Source: Lama guanicoe
Taxonomy: Eukaryota
Direction: 5' to 3'
DNA: 64,000 bases
Assembly: GCA_013239625.1 (NCBI GenBank)
Contig: MU053472.1
Location: forward strand, 3,519,410 to 3,583,409
The notes below the pieces were generated by a model that did not search any database, was not told where the DNA came from, and saw only the letters and a program-made list of their open reading frames with translations. Below, in pieces: positions 24,986-37,807 of the stretch. The position numbers were made by a program, and so were the translations under genes. Position 1 is the stretch's first letter, and the number at the start of each line of letters is the position of its first letter.

Positions 24986-25444
24986 TGTGAGTGTTCCAAA
25001 CTTAATTACATGGAGGTATATCAACTAACACTACCAAGTCTCATAAGAAACTGATGTATAAAAATCACAATGACAACATATGAATTTATTATGAGAATTA
25101 TTACTTCCATGTAGATCAGACATTTGTATTGGTCTGGCTATAAACAAAGAACCTGGGAAATTCAACCATCAGCAGGTTGATAATTGATGTGCATGTAACT
25201 GGATAAGAGTTCATTATGATTCAAATAATTAAAGCATCAAACTGAGGTAGGCTGATGCAACCTACCATAATTAGGATGAGTTATCAGGACCAATCTAAGA
25301 AGGACCCTCATTCCCTTGAACAGGTCTTGAGTGGTTACACCAAAGTTTGCTCCATTTCGCTCCTCCTTTTTCTACCATACTGTATTGCTTGTCAACACCT
25401 ATGATGGACATATTGAAAGATTATGGCTCCATGCCATAATTTCT

Positions 25445-25660
25445 CAGGTTAGAGTTTCTATCCTAAGCATTACTGATGTCTTGGGCCTAATAATTCTGTT
25501 ACGGGGGCTGTAATGTATATTTTAGGGTGTTTAGCAGCATACCTGACCTTTACCCACTAGATGACAGTGGCACCTGTCCCTAATATTGTGATAAACAAGG
25601 TATCTCCACACTGCTAAATGTTCCCTGGGAGGCAAAATCACCCCAAGTTGACAATCACTT
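25445..25660. mobile_element. hAT-Charlie MITE (MER20-like)
   Basis: ...tttagcagcatacctgacctttacccactagatgacagtggcacc...ccctgggaggcaaaatcacccc aagttgacaatcact. Confidence 0.7.
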
Positions 25661-27278
25661 GATTGATATAAGAGCGTGGACTCTAGAGTTACACTTTGTT
25701 CCTAGTATGTGACTTTGAGCAAGTCATAAATCATAACGCACATTCCTTATTTTTGGCTGCCCAGCAGCTATAGCCCTTTCCTAGCAGCATTTCAATCTCT
25801 TTGAGGGAATTACCTCTCCTCCACTGTGTAGTTTTGGTAGGCCTCCTGGCCTCCTCCTGTAGAAGCCAAATATAACCTTCCTGGCTTGTTCTCCCAGATC
25901 CTATCACATCCGGGGGTCAGACACAGACCTAAGTTAGGTCAATAGAATATTCACTCCCCTGACTTTGAATCTCGAGCAAGAAATGATAGAGAAGGGTCAC
26001 AGTTCATTCATTTCAGTGGACTCCCACCAGGAGCTCGTTTCTATGGACCCTGCTGTCTGGGGCTCTGTAACTAATTAACTAGGTTATGCATTTCCAAGCT
26101 GACTTCTGCCCTACTACTGTTTCTGCAGGTCTTTTTTATATCTTTCCAAAAAAATTCTTTTGGGTTTAAACTGCCAGTTAGTTTTTCATTATTTACAACT
26201 GAGGATTACTAACAAATAGATGTAATTTCTCTGAGAATAAAAATAGCAAAGTTACTGAATGGGTTACTTATGATAATACATATAAAGGACTTAGTAACAT
26301 AGTCCCTGGCACATGGCAACCATGCGATAAATGTTAGCTATTATTAGTAAGGGGTCTTGAAAATTTTGCAGTTTAATTCTGAGAGCAAATTTATTCCTCT
26401 GGTTTCTATGTTCTTACAGTACAACCTGCTGACACTTGAGTGTACCTTTTATGGAATTAAAATAATTTGACAAATGATTAGATATGTAGTCATTATAAAA
26501 GTGAGTCTTTCAGAAAGGTTCTGACATTAAGAGAAATTAAGTAGAAAAAGAAAACCAATTTGGGGAAAAAATGGGTTTGATATTATATATGTCAAATATT
26601 TAATAAAACCGTGACATTGTCAATTAAAAACAACCCGGTAGCAATGCATTTGGAGCATGCGTGATAGAGCTTAATATGTTGATTTGGGACACAAAAAATG
26701 ATTAACATGACAACTGAAATAAGGAACTAGGATAATTCTTTCCATTTTTAGAGAAAAAAGTGTACATCCAAAGAGATTCTTTCATTATAAACAGAAGCTA
26801 ATTCTGGCTGATTTAAATTTTTGAAAAAGTAATACGTGTTAAGAATAAATGAATCAAGAAACCCCAAAATTCATGAAGAAAAATGAATTAGCTGTAATAC
26901 TACCATATTCTACTAACTTTCATCTATAGATCTTGACTTCAGAGTTTGGCTGACGTAAGATAGAACACATTGGCATTTTTCATATAACTGCCTTCTAACC
27001 ACTTAGCGCCCTTTAATCAGAGACCCCCTGTCAAATTCAAAACTCAAGGCCATGGCTCCAAAGTCCAGATGGAGACATTTAGACATAAAATAACACTTGC
27101 TGACAGTCCGATAAGAAAAAATGTGAGAATTTAATAATCATGCAGTGGGAAGGTCTAAACAGGACACAAAACTTGGAAACACAATAAAAGTGAAAAATTG
27201 ACTATATAAAAATCTAATTTCTTTGAGGCAAAAAATAAGACAAACTGGAGAAAATACTTGCCATATCAGAAAGGCCTA

Positions 27279-27479
27279 GATGTGTGAAAAAGACGAAAAA
27301 AAAAAACAAAAAACCTTAAATCTTTTTAAAGTAGTGGAAAAACATCCAAGCACTTTAACTCCACTGTACCAGGTGAACTGATACAGCTCAAAAGTTTTCC
27401 TTTACACCAACTGTCAATGCCAGAATTATGTATTCTGTTTTGTAACGATTTAATAAAAGTCATAAAGACTTAAAAAAAA
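27279..27479 (+). pseudogene. Candidate processed (retroposed) mRNA 3'-UTR fragment inside an old L1
   Basis: ~200 nt non-L1 insert with AATAAA (27452-27457), an A-run ~15 nt later, degenerate TSD aaaggccta/aaaagccta, and L1-like sequence resuming on both sides. Confidence 0.55.
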
Positions 27480-30469
27480 GCCTAAAAATATCTTACTTCA
27501 TATGTAAAGAACTCTCACAGGTTAATAAGACCTATAAAAAAATGGACAAAAAAATATGAACAGCTAGTTCATGCAAAAGGAAATAGAGTAACTTGTAAGC
27601 AAATGAAACGACATTCAAACTCACTTATAAAAAGAGAAAAGAACATGAAAATGTTAATATCATATGGTGAGAGGTCATTTTTATAAACGTATTAAACTGG
27701 CAAAATAAGATAAAATACTGTGTTGTCAAGGGAAAAAGTAACAATCACTCTCAAACAACACTGGTGGAGGTATAAACCAGTAGTCTCTCTGGAGGACATA
27801 TGGACAACATCTATCAAAATTTTAAAGGCACATACACTGGACCAATTCCTTACATCCTCATAAAAAAAATTGATTAACCTAAATATCCATCAATTTAAAA
27901 TGATTAAATAATAAGATATTCATACAATGGAATATCACACAGTGGCTTTTAACTGAGAAAATTCAGTATGTACCAATACAAAAATAAGGTGCAGATTTGG
28001 TTGTTGAAGATTTGGGTTAAGATTCAGTGTTACAGAAAAAATATATTTATATTTTAGATACATGGAATAGCTCTGGAAGGTCACACAAGAAACTGGTAAT
28101 GATGGTTGCCTCCTAAAAATGAACTGAGTGACTTAGGGACAGGGGAGGAAAGAAGACTTACTTTTCATTGAATTTTAACCTTGTGCAAATATTACTTGGT
28201 AAAAATAACTAATTAAAAAATTAAAAAACAAAGACTAGAAAAACATTTTTCTCTTGAAGAATAATTATAGCAATTGTAACATATTTCCATCACCCATAAA
28301 TAACAATTTCCCATCATTAGACTAAGAGAGTTATACAATTATGTCTTTCTCTTTCTCTTGGTTTATATGACTTATTACAAATTCTCTTTACTTTGCTTCT
28401 TCACTTTTGTCTTTTACCTTTGTTAATTTTTGAATTTTGAAAGCAGGTAGGACAATTTTCGTAAGTTCTCAAGCACTTTTGAGTGAAGCTAACTTTTATA
28501 TTCTCATAAAATAAGCTACACAAAATCACTATCAGAGTAATGATGTATTTAAAAACTCACATCTTAGTATACATAATGAGAGTCAAATGGTTAGCTGAAG
28601 CACAAAAAGGCTTAAGTCAATGGTGAACTAAATCTGAAAACAGGAAAAGGAATATACTGTGGTCGAAAACACATGAAATCTTGTCAACATGTTTTATGCC
28701 AAATCAGTGCTGAGGGAGCAAAATGTTCTGTAAATTTTAACAGCAACAGTAAATTTAGGCACTGACGTTAACTAAAAATACATATTATGAACAGCCAGAC
28801 TCTCTTCTGCAACTCAATGTTTTTTTTAAAAGCAATAGAACATTTCAATATCATGTCTCAAAACTGAAATGCAACGTATTGGGAACGGAAACCACAGAAT
28901 TATCAATTTTGAAAATTAAAAAAGTGTAAATGTCACTCTTCCATATTTTCAGTATTGCTCATTTAAAGTGAATATTTAATAAATCCCTCTATAAAAACTG
29001 AAATCACAAAATTTTGACTTATGAATTTAGCAATCATTTAGCCCTATCTTGTCTTATAAATAAGGCAAAGGCATGAGAAAACAAAGGTGTCAAAATTGAC
29101 ATGGCTTATTAATGTCTCAGCTGGAATAGGATGCAGGTCTTCTGACTCTAGTCCTAGCTACCTCAACTATCTACCACATTATACTGTAATTTTATTGCTG
29201 GTAACTAGTTGTAAACATTTTAGTACAACCTTATTATCAAGAAAAATAATATATAGTAAATAGAGAGAAAATTAAAATAGCTGATCTAAGAAATCAAAAT
29301 AAGTCTATTAGGGTTAAAATTTAAGCTAGTAGGAATAACCTGAAAATATTCCAAAGATAGATCAACCGTCCCAAACTTCATAAACAATAGTAGTCAGTAA
29401 AAGTTTCAAGAAATAAAAAGTGTTACTCATACAAATTTATAAACCGTTAAAAGCTCTATTAGGAAGAACCCAAAAGTTCATCAACAGATGAGTGGATAAG
29501 CAAAATGTGGTATATACATATAACAGAATATTACTTGACCATAAAAAGGACTGAAGTTCTTACCAATGCTACAACATGGATGAACCTTGAACACATTATG
29601 CTAAGTGAAATAAGCAAAACAAAAAATACTGAATGATTCCACTTCTATGTAATATATACAATAAGCAAATTCATAGAAACAGAAAGTAAATTTGAGATTA
29701 TGAGGAGCTAGAAGGAGGAAACAATGAGGTATCTATCGCTTAATGGGTACAGAGTTTCTGTTTGGGATGATGAAAAGTTTTAAGAATAGTGGTGATGGTT
29801 GTACAACACTTAAAAATGTCACTGTATTGTACACTTAATGGTTAAAATGGCAAATTTTAAGTACTCTCTATTTTATCTCAATGTTTTAAAAGTAAAAAAA
29901 ATTTTAAAAGACCACTATTAAATTACATAAATTTATTTTGTAACAATAAAGAATGCTCAGAAACACAATCCTATGCACAACCAAACAGTATTCTTACCTG
30001 ACCATTTGAAAAACAGAATTTATTATAAATCTTATTTGAAATATTTATTCATTCAACAAGTAGTTGTTAAATGTGTATGTGTTAGACATTAGATGTATGG
30101 ATAGATAGATGGAAGGAATGAAAACACACAGGCCAGCCTATCATATCTACCTTAAAGAGTTGCTAGAAAGATCCAACTAAATAAATAATGTAAAAGTGTT
30201 TCAAAACCATAAGGCACTATATAAATATAAATATGTTTTAAGTTATACACCTCCAAAATTTAAAATGAAAGTCATAACACTTTGAAAAACAATACAACTT
30301 CAATAAAGGATAAAATGTTTGTAAGATCAAGAATTAGAAATTAGAAATTAAAATTTAGAAATTAGAATTAGAAAAGAATGTTTCAATTTGACACAACATT
30401 GTAAAATAACTATTACTCAATAAAAAATGTAAAAAAAGAAAAGAAAAGAAAAGAATGTTTGGAAAATTA

Positions 30470-30912
30470 TAGGCATACCTCATTTTATTGTGCTTTACAG
30501 ATACTGCGGTTTTTTACAAATTGAAGGTTTGTGACAACCGTCACTGAGTAAGTCTACTGGTGCCATTTTCCTAACAGCAAGGTTCACTTTGTGTCTCTGT
30601 GTCACATTTCGGTAATTCTCATATTATTATTATATTTGCTTTGTTGATCTATGATCAGTGATTTTTGATATTACTATTGCAAAAAGATAATGACTCACTG
30701 AAGACTCATTTTTTAGCAATAAAATATTTTTAATTTTTAATTAATGTATCTTTTTAGACATAATGCTATTGCACACTTAATAGACTATAGTATAGTGTAA
30801 ATATAACTTTTATATGCACTGGGAAATCAAAAAAATTTGTGTGACTCGCTTTGATATTTGCTTCATTGCAGTGGTCTGGTACCAAACCTGCAGTATTTCT
30901 GAGGTATGCCTG
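30470..30912. mobile_element. TcMar-Tigger1-derived non-autonomous DNA transposon
   Basis: TIRs (t)AGGCATACCTC...GAGGTATGCCTG flanked by TA on both sides. Confidence 0.88.
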
Positions 30913-31099
30913 TACCATATATTTTATAATCAAGAAAGAATAATACTCCTTAAAAAAAGTTTTCAAAAAGCTAAGGAACTTAGTTTCACTAATGGAAATG
31001 ACCATCTATGAAAACAGTTAAAAAATGATACCAAGTCTGTCCCAGTGCTTTTCAAACTTTAATGAATTACCCAAGGATCCTTATTTCTTGAATCATGTT

Positions 31100-31556
31100 G
31101 CCACATGATTTGAGGGGCTGAATAGTGACTTCCTAATCCTTGAAATTTGTGAATGTTAATTTACATGGCAAAAAGGACTTTGCAGGTGTGATTAAATTAA
31201 GGGCCTTGAGATGGGGAGATTACCCTGGATTATCTAGTGGGGCCCTAAATGTAATCACAAGTGTCCTTCTAAGAGGGACACAGGAAAAGACAGTAAGAAA
31301 AAGGCAATGGAAACACAGAAAAAGAGACTGGAAGATGCTACACTGCTGTCTTTGAAGATAAGCTGAGTTAAGGAATGCAAGCCGCCTCCAAAAGCTAGAA
31401 AAGGCAAGGAAACAGAACTCCCCACAGATCCTCCAGAAGGAATGCAGGCCTGCTGAAACCTCAACTTTAGCCCTTTGAAACTGACTTCAGACTTGTGTTC
31501 CTTTAAGCCACCAAATTTGTGGTAGTTTATTACAGCAGCAATAAGAAATTAATACA
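31100..31556 (+). mobile_element. MaLR solo LTR (MLT1C/D-like)
   Basis: ttacatggcaaaaaggactttgcaggtgtgattaaattaagg...ttaagccaccaaatttgtggtagtttattacagcagcaataagaaattaataca. Confidence 0.82.
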
Positions 31557-31778
31557 AATTGAATTTCTTTAAAAAGGAACTTACCTGATTTATTAGAACA
31601 GTTTAACACTAAAAACAGAGTAATAATCCAAACTTCAAAAAGAAATTTTAAAGTATGCACAATCATTAAAAACTATCATAGAAAAAATATGTGGAACACA
31701 TGAGGATGTATTAGGATTTTTATAAAGCAGGTTACAATTTTTTAAGTTATATTTTTGTACATATTTTGTTTTCTATAG

Positions 31779-33718
31779 TGCTACAGACTGAACTGTCTCC
31801 CCCAAAATTTTATGCTGAAGATCTAACCTCCAATGTGACTATATTTGGAGACAGGGCTTTTAGGAGATAATTTTAAGGTTAAATGCAGTCCTACCAGCAG
31901 GGTCCTCATGATAGGATTAGCACCCTTATAAGAACAGACACCTGAAAGCCTGCTTGCTCATGCTCTCAATCTCTCTCACCCTGTCATGTGAGAGCATAGT
32001 GGAAGAGGCCGTCTACAAACCTGGAAGAGATCTCTCACCCCATCAGAAATGACCATGCTACTAGCACCTCGATCTTAAAACTTCCAGCCTCCAGAACTGT
32101 GAGAAAATAAACTTCCTTAAGCCACCCAATCTATGGTATCCTGTTATGACAGCACAAGCTATTACAGATTTTAGCTTTGGGAAGTGGGGTGTTGCTTTAA
32201 GGAATATCTAAAAATGTGAAAGAAGCTTTCAAACTGAGTAATGAGTGGAGGCTGGAAGAGTTTGGAGGGGCATGCTAGAAATACGGATGTAAAAGGTGAT
32301 TCTGGTGAGATCTCAGATGGAAATGCAGACCAATAATAGAAACTGGAGAAAAAGTGATCTCTGTTATGAAGTGGCAAAGAACTTGGCTGAACTTAGTGTT
32401 TTGTGGAAGATAGAATATGCAAAAGTGATGAAACCAGCTATTTAGCTGAGGAGGTTTCTAAGCAAAGTATTGAAGGAGTGGCTTGGCTCCTCCTGCCTGT
32501 TTACAGTAAAATGCAAAATAAGAAATATGAAGAAGAAATTGATAAACAAAAAGGAACCTGAACCTTAAGATTTGGAAAATTCTCAGCCTATCCATACTGC
32601 AAAAAAATTAGACAGCATGTTCTGAACAGAACATCAAGGGTGTGGCTGGACCATCAATCCATAAAAAGCTTATGGGATTATATCAGCAGAAATAATGCCA
32701 GTTTGAACTGAAGAGGACAGAGACAGGACAAAATGAAAGAAGGCTGACAGACTTCTTGGATTAGAGAGGACTGGATAAGAGCTATTTTTCTACAAACATG
32801 GGCTATCCTTCAAGAAGAGGGAAAAATGACCCTGAAGGACATTCAGACGTCTTCAGGGCCATTGCCTCATTTTCAAAAGGCTAGATGGCCTCTGCCTCCC
32901 AGCAGTCTCAGGGGCAGAACCTCCACTTAGAGCTGCAGGGTAATGTCACTCCGGTAGGCCTGGAAGGCAGAGAATCAAACCATAAAGGATTAATAGCGAG
33001 GCTTAAGATCTAATGGAATTTGCTTTGCTAGGTTTTATTCTTGCTTGGGATCCATCACTCCTTTTTCCCTCCTGATTTCTCCCCTTTAGAATGAGAATGT
33101 CTATCCTACCATTGTCCCACCACTGTACTTTGGAAACACTTAACTTGTCTGATTTCTCAGGTTCACAGCTGGAGAAGAATTGAGCCTCAGAAAGAGTTGT
33201 ACCCAGACTCTCACCCACATCTGATTTAGAGGATATTTAAATGGGACTTTGTACTTTAGAGTTGATGTTGGAATGAGTTAAGAATTTTGGGCCACTTGGG
33301 ATGGAATGAATGTACTTTGCATGTGAGAAGGACATGAATTTAGGGGAGTCAGGGGGAGAAGGCTATGAACTGAATTGTGTCCTCTCAAAATTCGTATGTT
33401 GAAGCCCTGCCTCCAACATGACTGTATTTGGAGATAGGGCTTTTAGGAGATAATTAATGTTAAATGAGGTTGTAAGGGTGGATTTCTCATAGGACTGGTG
33501 GCTTTGTAAGACACAGAAGGAAAAAAGATCTCTCCATACACATTCACTTAGGGAAGTCCTTGTGAGCACACAAGGCAGCTGTCTTCAAGCAAGGAAGACA
33601 GCCCTCACCAAAACCAGACCACGTTGGCACACTGCTCTCAGACTTCTAGCTTCTAATACCTCGAGAAAATTTTGTCGTTTAAGTTTATGGTATTTTGTTA
33701 TTGCAGCCCAAGCAGACG
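31779..33718 (+). mobile_element. MaLR provirus relic: 5' LTR (~31779-32166), internal region (~32167-33360), 3' LTR (~33361-33718)
   Basis: Two similar direct LTRs (gctac/tg-actgaa...tatttggaga(c/t)agggcttt...). Internal region starts gattttagctttgggaagtgggg; purine-rich tract immediately before the second LTR. Confidence 0.8.
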
Positions 33719-34504
33719 ATTTAAGTGTATATTATATTTATAACTAGAAAAATAAGTATCTTTTAAACAATAGCAACAACTCTGAAAGGCAATGATATGT
33801 AAATTTTATTTTAAAAGAGTTGCAAACAAAAAGAAATATACTTTGCTTTGTCTATATTCAGGGTCCTATAGTTCTTTTAAAGTACAGTGTTCAAATGCTT
33901 TATAAAATAAACTCCTACAGTATCTAATGTCTGGTAACACTAATATTTATCACTTAACAACCCCCTTACTCTCTTGATGTTATGATTTGAATAGACCTAA
34001 TATAAAATGATAGGTAATTTTTTATACTGACGGCATTAATTATAATAAAAATATATGCCTTAAAGCCCTCAAAAATAAGATAGTTACAATTAGTCAGCCT
34101 ATACTAGTCACTTGAAATTAGTCTTATATAATTAGGATGACCATACGCCTGATTTGCCTGGGACAGTCTTGATTTATGTCCATGTCCTGGTGTAGTGTTA
34201 GCAGTGCCTACTTTCACCCTTCAAAAAAGTCCTGGCAAACTATGATTTTGTCTATGTATAATCAATTACAGAAAAATTATATTATAAACATTTTATGAAT
34301 TTAGTGTTCAGTCTGGTACAGGAAATAGCACCTGTCACTAAAATCTGGAAAATACGGTTGTCACAATATATAACATTAAATTACTTAAATAATTTTCTTC
34401 CACTGAGAGCGAAAGTAAATGTTGTAAACGAATTAAGAAATATTAAGAAGAATCAGGTACCAAACATTTTTAGATGATTTTGAAATCACCGAAGAATCAA
34501 AATT

Positions 34505-34515
34505 TTTAATTTATT
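34505..34515 (-). terminator. RAD51C: Candidate RAD51C polyadenylation signals (AATAAA overlapping ATTAAA)
   Basis: Plus-strand tttatt at 34510-34515 and tttaat at 34505-34510, ~750 nt past the stop. A closer variant TATAAA lies at ~35179-35184; the site actually used cannot be determined. Confidence 0.35.
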
Positions 34516-35257
34516 CAAGCAGTGTTAAGATTATTCAAACAAAAATTCAGTACACCTAGAACTAGATCACACCATGCTTCAAAAATACAGAAATAAATGA
34601 CTGTGAGCTTATCAGCCTGACTATTCTGGAAGATATACATTCCAGTCAATGTTTTACATGGGATAACAACTCCAAAGTCCTTCCTTTAACATTATAAAAT
34701 GGTATTAAAAAAATAAACAAATGACTTAGATTTTAGGATTGGGGGTCACTAAAATCAGACTGGCCATTTAAAATTTGTATCCTACCCATATACTGAATGT
34801 AATGATACGCTGACTCATGGTGCTGGCTTTTCTTTATAATAGAAACAGGTCATTTTTAAGATTATCAAAGCTACACTTAAAGAGGAAGACATAATAGGAA
34901 TGTGAAAGAAATGTTTTCTTCCTAGAAATGTCTAGGCAACTGGCAAAGAAAGGAGCGAAAAACAGTCTGAATCGTAAACTCAGATTGGTCACATGAGATC
35001 AGCTTTCCACATCTGCAAAATATAATACCCATATCATCTCTACTGAATATTACTAAAAATGAAAACAGGGCAAAATATAACTGCAGAACACTGCTTTAGA
35101 AAAACTCAAAGAATCATATCTGTTAAGTATTTTTCCCATTCACTTAATATAGACCTGATTCATTCATGCCATAGTGTATTTATATTACAAAGTAACGAGT
35201 CGACTACCAGTATACATTGCATCTCCCATAGCATCAATATATATGTATACTTTGAGA

Positions 35258-35374
35258 CTAGTCTTTGGATTCCTGTTCTTCTTCTGAGTCTCGTGACCTC
35301 TTCCGGGAATTCAATGAACCTTCTGTTTGCAATGAACATTCAGTAGCAACAACAGCATCTCGAAATCCCTGAGG
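35258..35374 (-). CDS. RAD51C: RAD51C last coding exon 9 (117 nt incl. stop), basic NLS-like RKRSR
   Basis: Acceptor catcttgcag|[44 protein letters not shown] with TAG at 35260-35258. Summed exons give 1116 nt, an open 371-aa frame. Confidence 0.96.
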   Translation of the reverse strand, partial: PQGFRDAVVATECSLQTEGSLNSRKRSRDSEEEQESKD

Positions 35375-35957
35375 CTGCAAGATGAAAAAAATACACAAGT
35401 ATGCTTTAAGAACATCTAGAATAACAACTAGTCTTCCGAATATTTTAAGGTAATTGATAAAAGAACTACTTTATTCTTGAGATAGAAGTTATCGACCACT
35501 GTGAATAAAGAGGATAAACTTCACAGATAAGTGTCCAAGCCAGGGCTATACTAGAATATTTTATATATTCACTTATACATGCACATACATACACACAGAA
35601 ATAACACTGTATTATAAAAATATTCTCTAAAAGTCAATCCTAACAAACTTTATGGTAGTTTTACTGGAGGAAGTGAAAGGAAGTAACATGTACTAATTAT
35701 TTAGGTACTTTAGAAATTTATTTTCACAATACTCTAAAATAAAGTTTTTCAATTAGGATACTTTAAATGCACCTGAGCAGTGCAAAGAGTAAGTAGATAA
35801 TTCAGTTTCAGAATCTCTGTTTTTGTCCTTAAAAAATGAGATGCCAAGAATATATCTGATTCAATACTATTGATAAGTATGCATTATTTTAGCCAAAAAT
35901 GTGCATTCTATGATGTAACATTGCTGGATATTTAACATTTTAAAGTGAGATATATTT

Positions 35958-36279
35958 CACTTATATGTGGAATCTAAAAAATACAACAAACTAGTGAATG
36001 TAACAAAAAAGAAACAGACTCATAGATATAGAAAACAAACTAGTGGTCACCAGTGGGGACCAGAAAGTAGGGAGGGGCAATAATGCGGTAGGGGATTAGG
36101 AGGAACAAACTATTTTGTATCAAAAATAAGCTACAAGGATATTCTGTATAACACAAGGAACATAGTAACTATTTTAAAATAACTTTAAATGAAGTATAAC
36201 TTTTAAAAATTTTGAATCACTGTATTATATACCTGTAACTTATATTACACATCAACTATATTTCAATAAAAGAAAGAAA
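35958..36279 (+). mobile_element. L1 3'-end fragment with 16-bp TSD, in RAD51C intron 8
   Basis: TSD aaagtgagatatattt (35942-35957) / aaagtgggatatattt (36280-36295); L1 3' UTR motifs and A-rich tail. A related fragment lies at ~40050-40320. Confidence 0.85.
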
Positions 36280-36661
36280 AAAGTGGGATATATTTGGTAG
36301 CTATGACAGAACTACAATATATACTGATCAGAATAAGTAATGTCAGTATTTTTTCTTTTCTGAAAACCTTTAACAACTTTTACTTTAAAAATCTTTAATA
36401 TCCTGACATTACATATGGCATGGAACACACTACACTACAAATAAGTATTTCCTCTGTTCTTAAGAATAAATTTCAGTTCAATTGTAACTAGAGTATTCTG
36501 TATAGATACTACTATTTTGGGGATAATGTTCTAAGCATCAAAAGCTGTCGTCAAATATGCTTGCTGCCTATAGAAGTTAACAGAAGCAATTTGTAAATGT
36601 TCTCTTCAGATAATTACTGCCCACTAACACCAAAATCCCACTCTAATCAAATAATACTGAC

Positions 36662-36722
36662 TGTGATTTGAAATAGTACTGTAGATTCCTTCTGGCTTGG
36701 TGATTTGTACAATGTTGCCAAC
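36662..36722 (-). CDS. RAD51C: RAD51C coding exon 8 (61 nt)
   Basis: Acceptor ctctaagcag|GTTGG; (R)LATLYKSPSQKESTVLFQIT; donor ACA|GTCAGT. Confidence 0.95.
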
Positions 36723-37505
36723 CTGCTTAGAGAAAAAGAATAAATATACACAAACATATGATTTAATTAGCTCAGATGACTGATTTCATAATTTAAATTT
36801 ATAGTTTTTAGTATAATTCTATTACTGTTCGCTAAGAACACAGAAGGCAAAGAAATATCAAAAATATTCCCTTCAAACAATAGCTCTATGTATACATGTA
36901 ACAATTGTTTATATAAGTGAAATTTTAAAACAACCTAAATATCCAATGATTGATTTGAATAAATTATTTTGTACATGACAAGATACTATTTACACTTAAG
37001 AAAATAAAGTAGAAGAAAATATTCAGTGAGATAGGGAAATAATATATGAAGTATATTATACTGTATGATTGCACATTTATGAGTTTTAGAAAAATTACTA
37101 GAAGACTATAATCAAAAAGTTGTTATTACAAGGTAAAGGTTGTTTTTTAATTTGGTTATCTAGATCTTTCAAACTCTATACAGTAATTGTGTATCTTTTG
37201 TGCATTATAATAGAAGTATTAAAGACAGTTTCCTGGTATATAAATGAGGAACACATACTCATATTATACTAATACAAATAAGATAGGAAGACACACTCTT
37301 TCAAAATGATTATGTTCAGAAAAATCACTGTCATGGCAGAACAAGGTCTGTTTAGGTAGGATTTTACTATGTACTCTACAAAGTAAATAATATAAAGCTG
37401 AAAGCTGAAAGTAGTTGAAAATTTTATTTTTATTAATAAAATTTTAGAATTTTATTATTCTAAGTTCGTATTAACTACACTCAATTACTGTAATAGCAAC
37501 AAATA

Positions 37506-37807
37506 CAGTTGATCCTTGAACAATGTCGGGGTTGGGGCACAGACTCCCATGCAGTCTAAAATCCAAGTACTCTGCTTCAAAACCAAAGAAATTGACAAAG
37601 GAGTCACCCAAGGGCAGGAAGCTGAAACAGTCTGGATAGAATAAGGACTCAAACTCTAGTTCTTGTGATCTCTAATCGAACACAAAAAACTTTTCCCCAC
37701 ATTTAAAGGTCTGTAAAATGAAAATATATATACTATATTTATTGAAAACAATCTGCCTATAAGTGGACTTGCATGGTTCAAACCCATGGTGTTCAAAGGC
37801 CAACTAT
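37506..37807. mobile_element. Tigger-family MITE
   Basis: TA-cagttgatccttgaaca ... tgttcaaaggccaacta-TA imperfect terminal inverted repeats. Confidence 0.7.
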
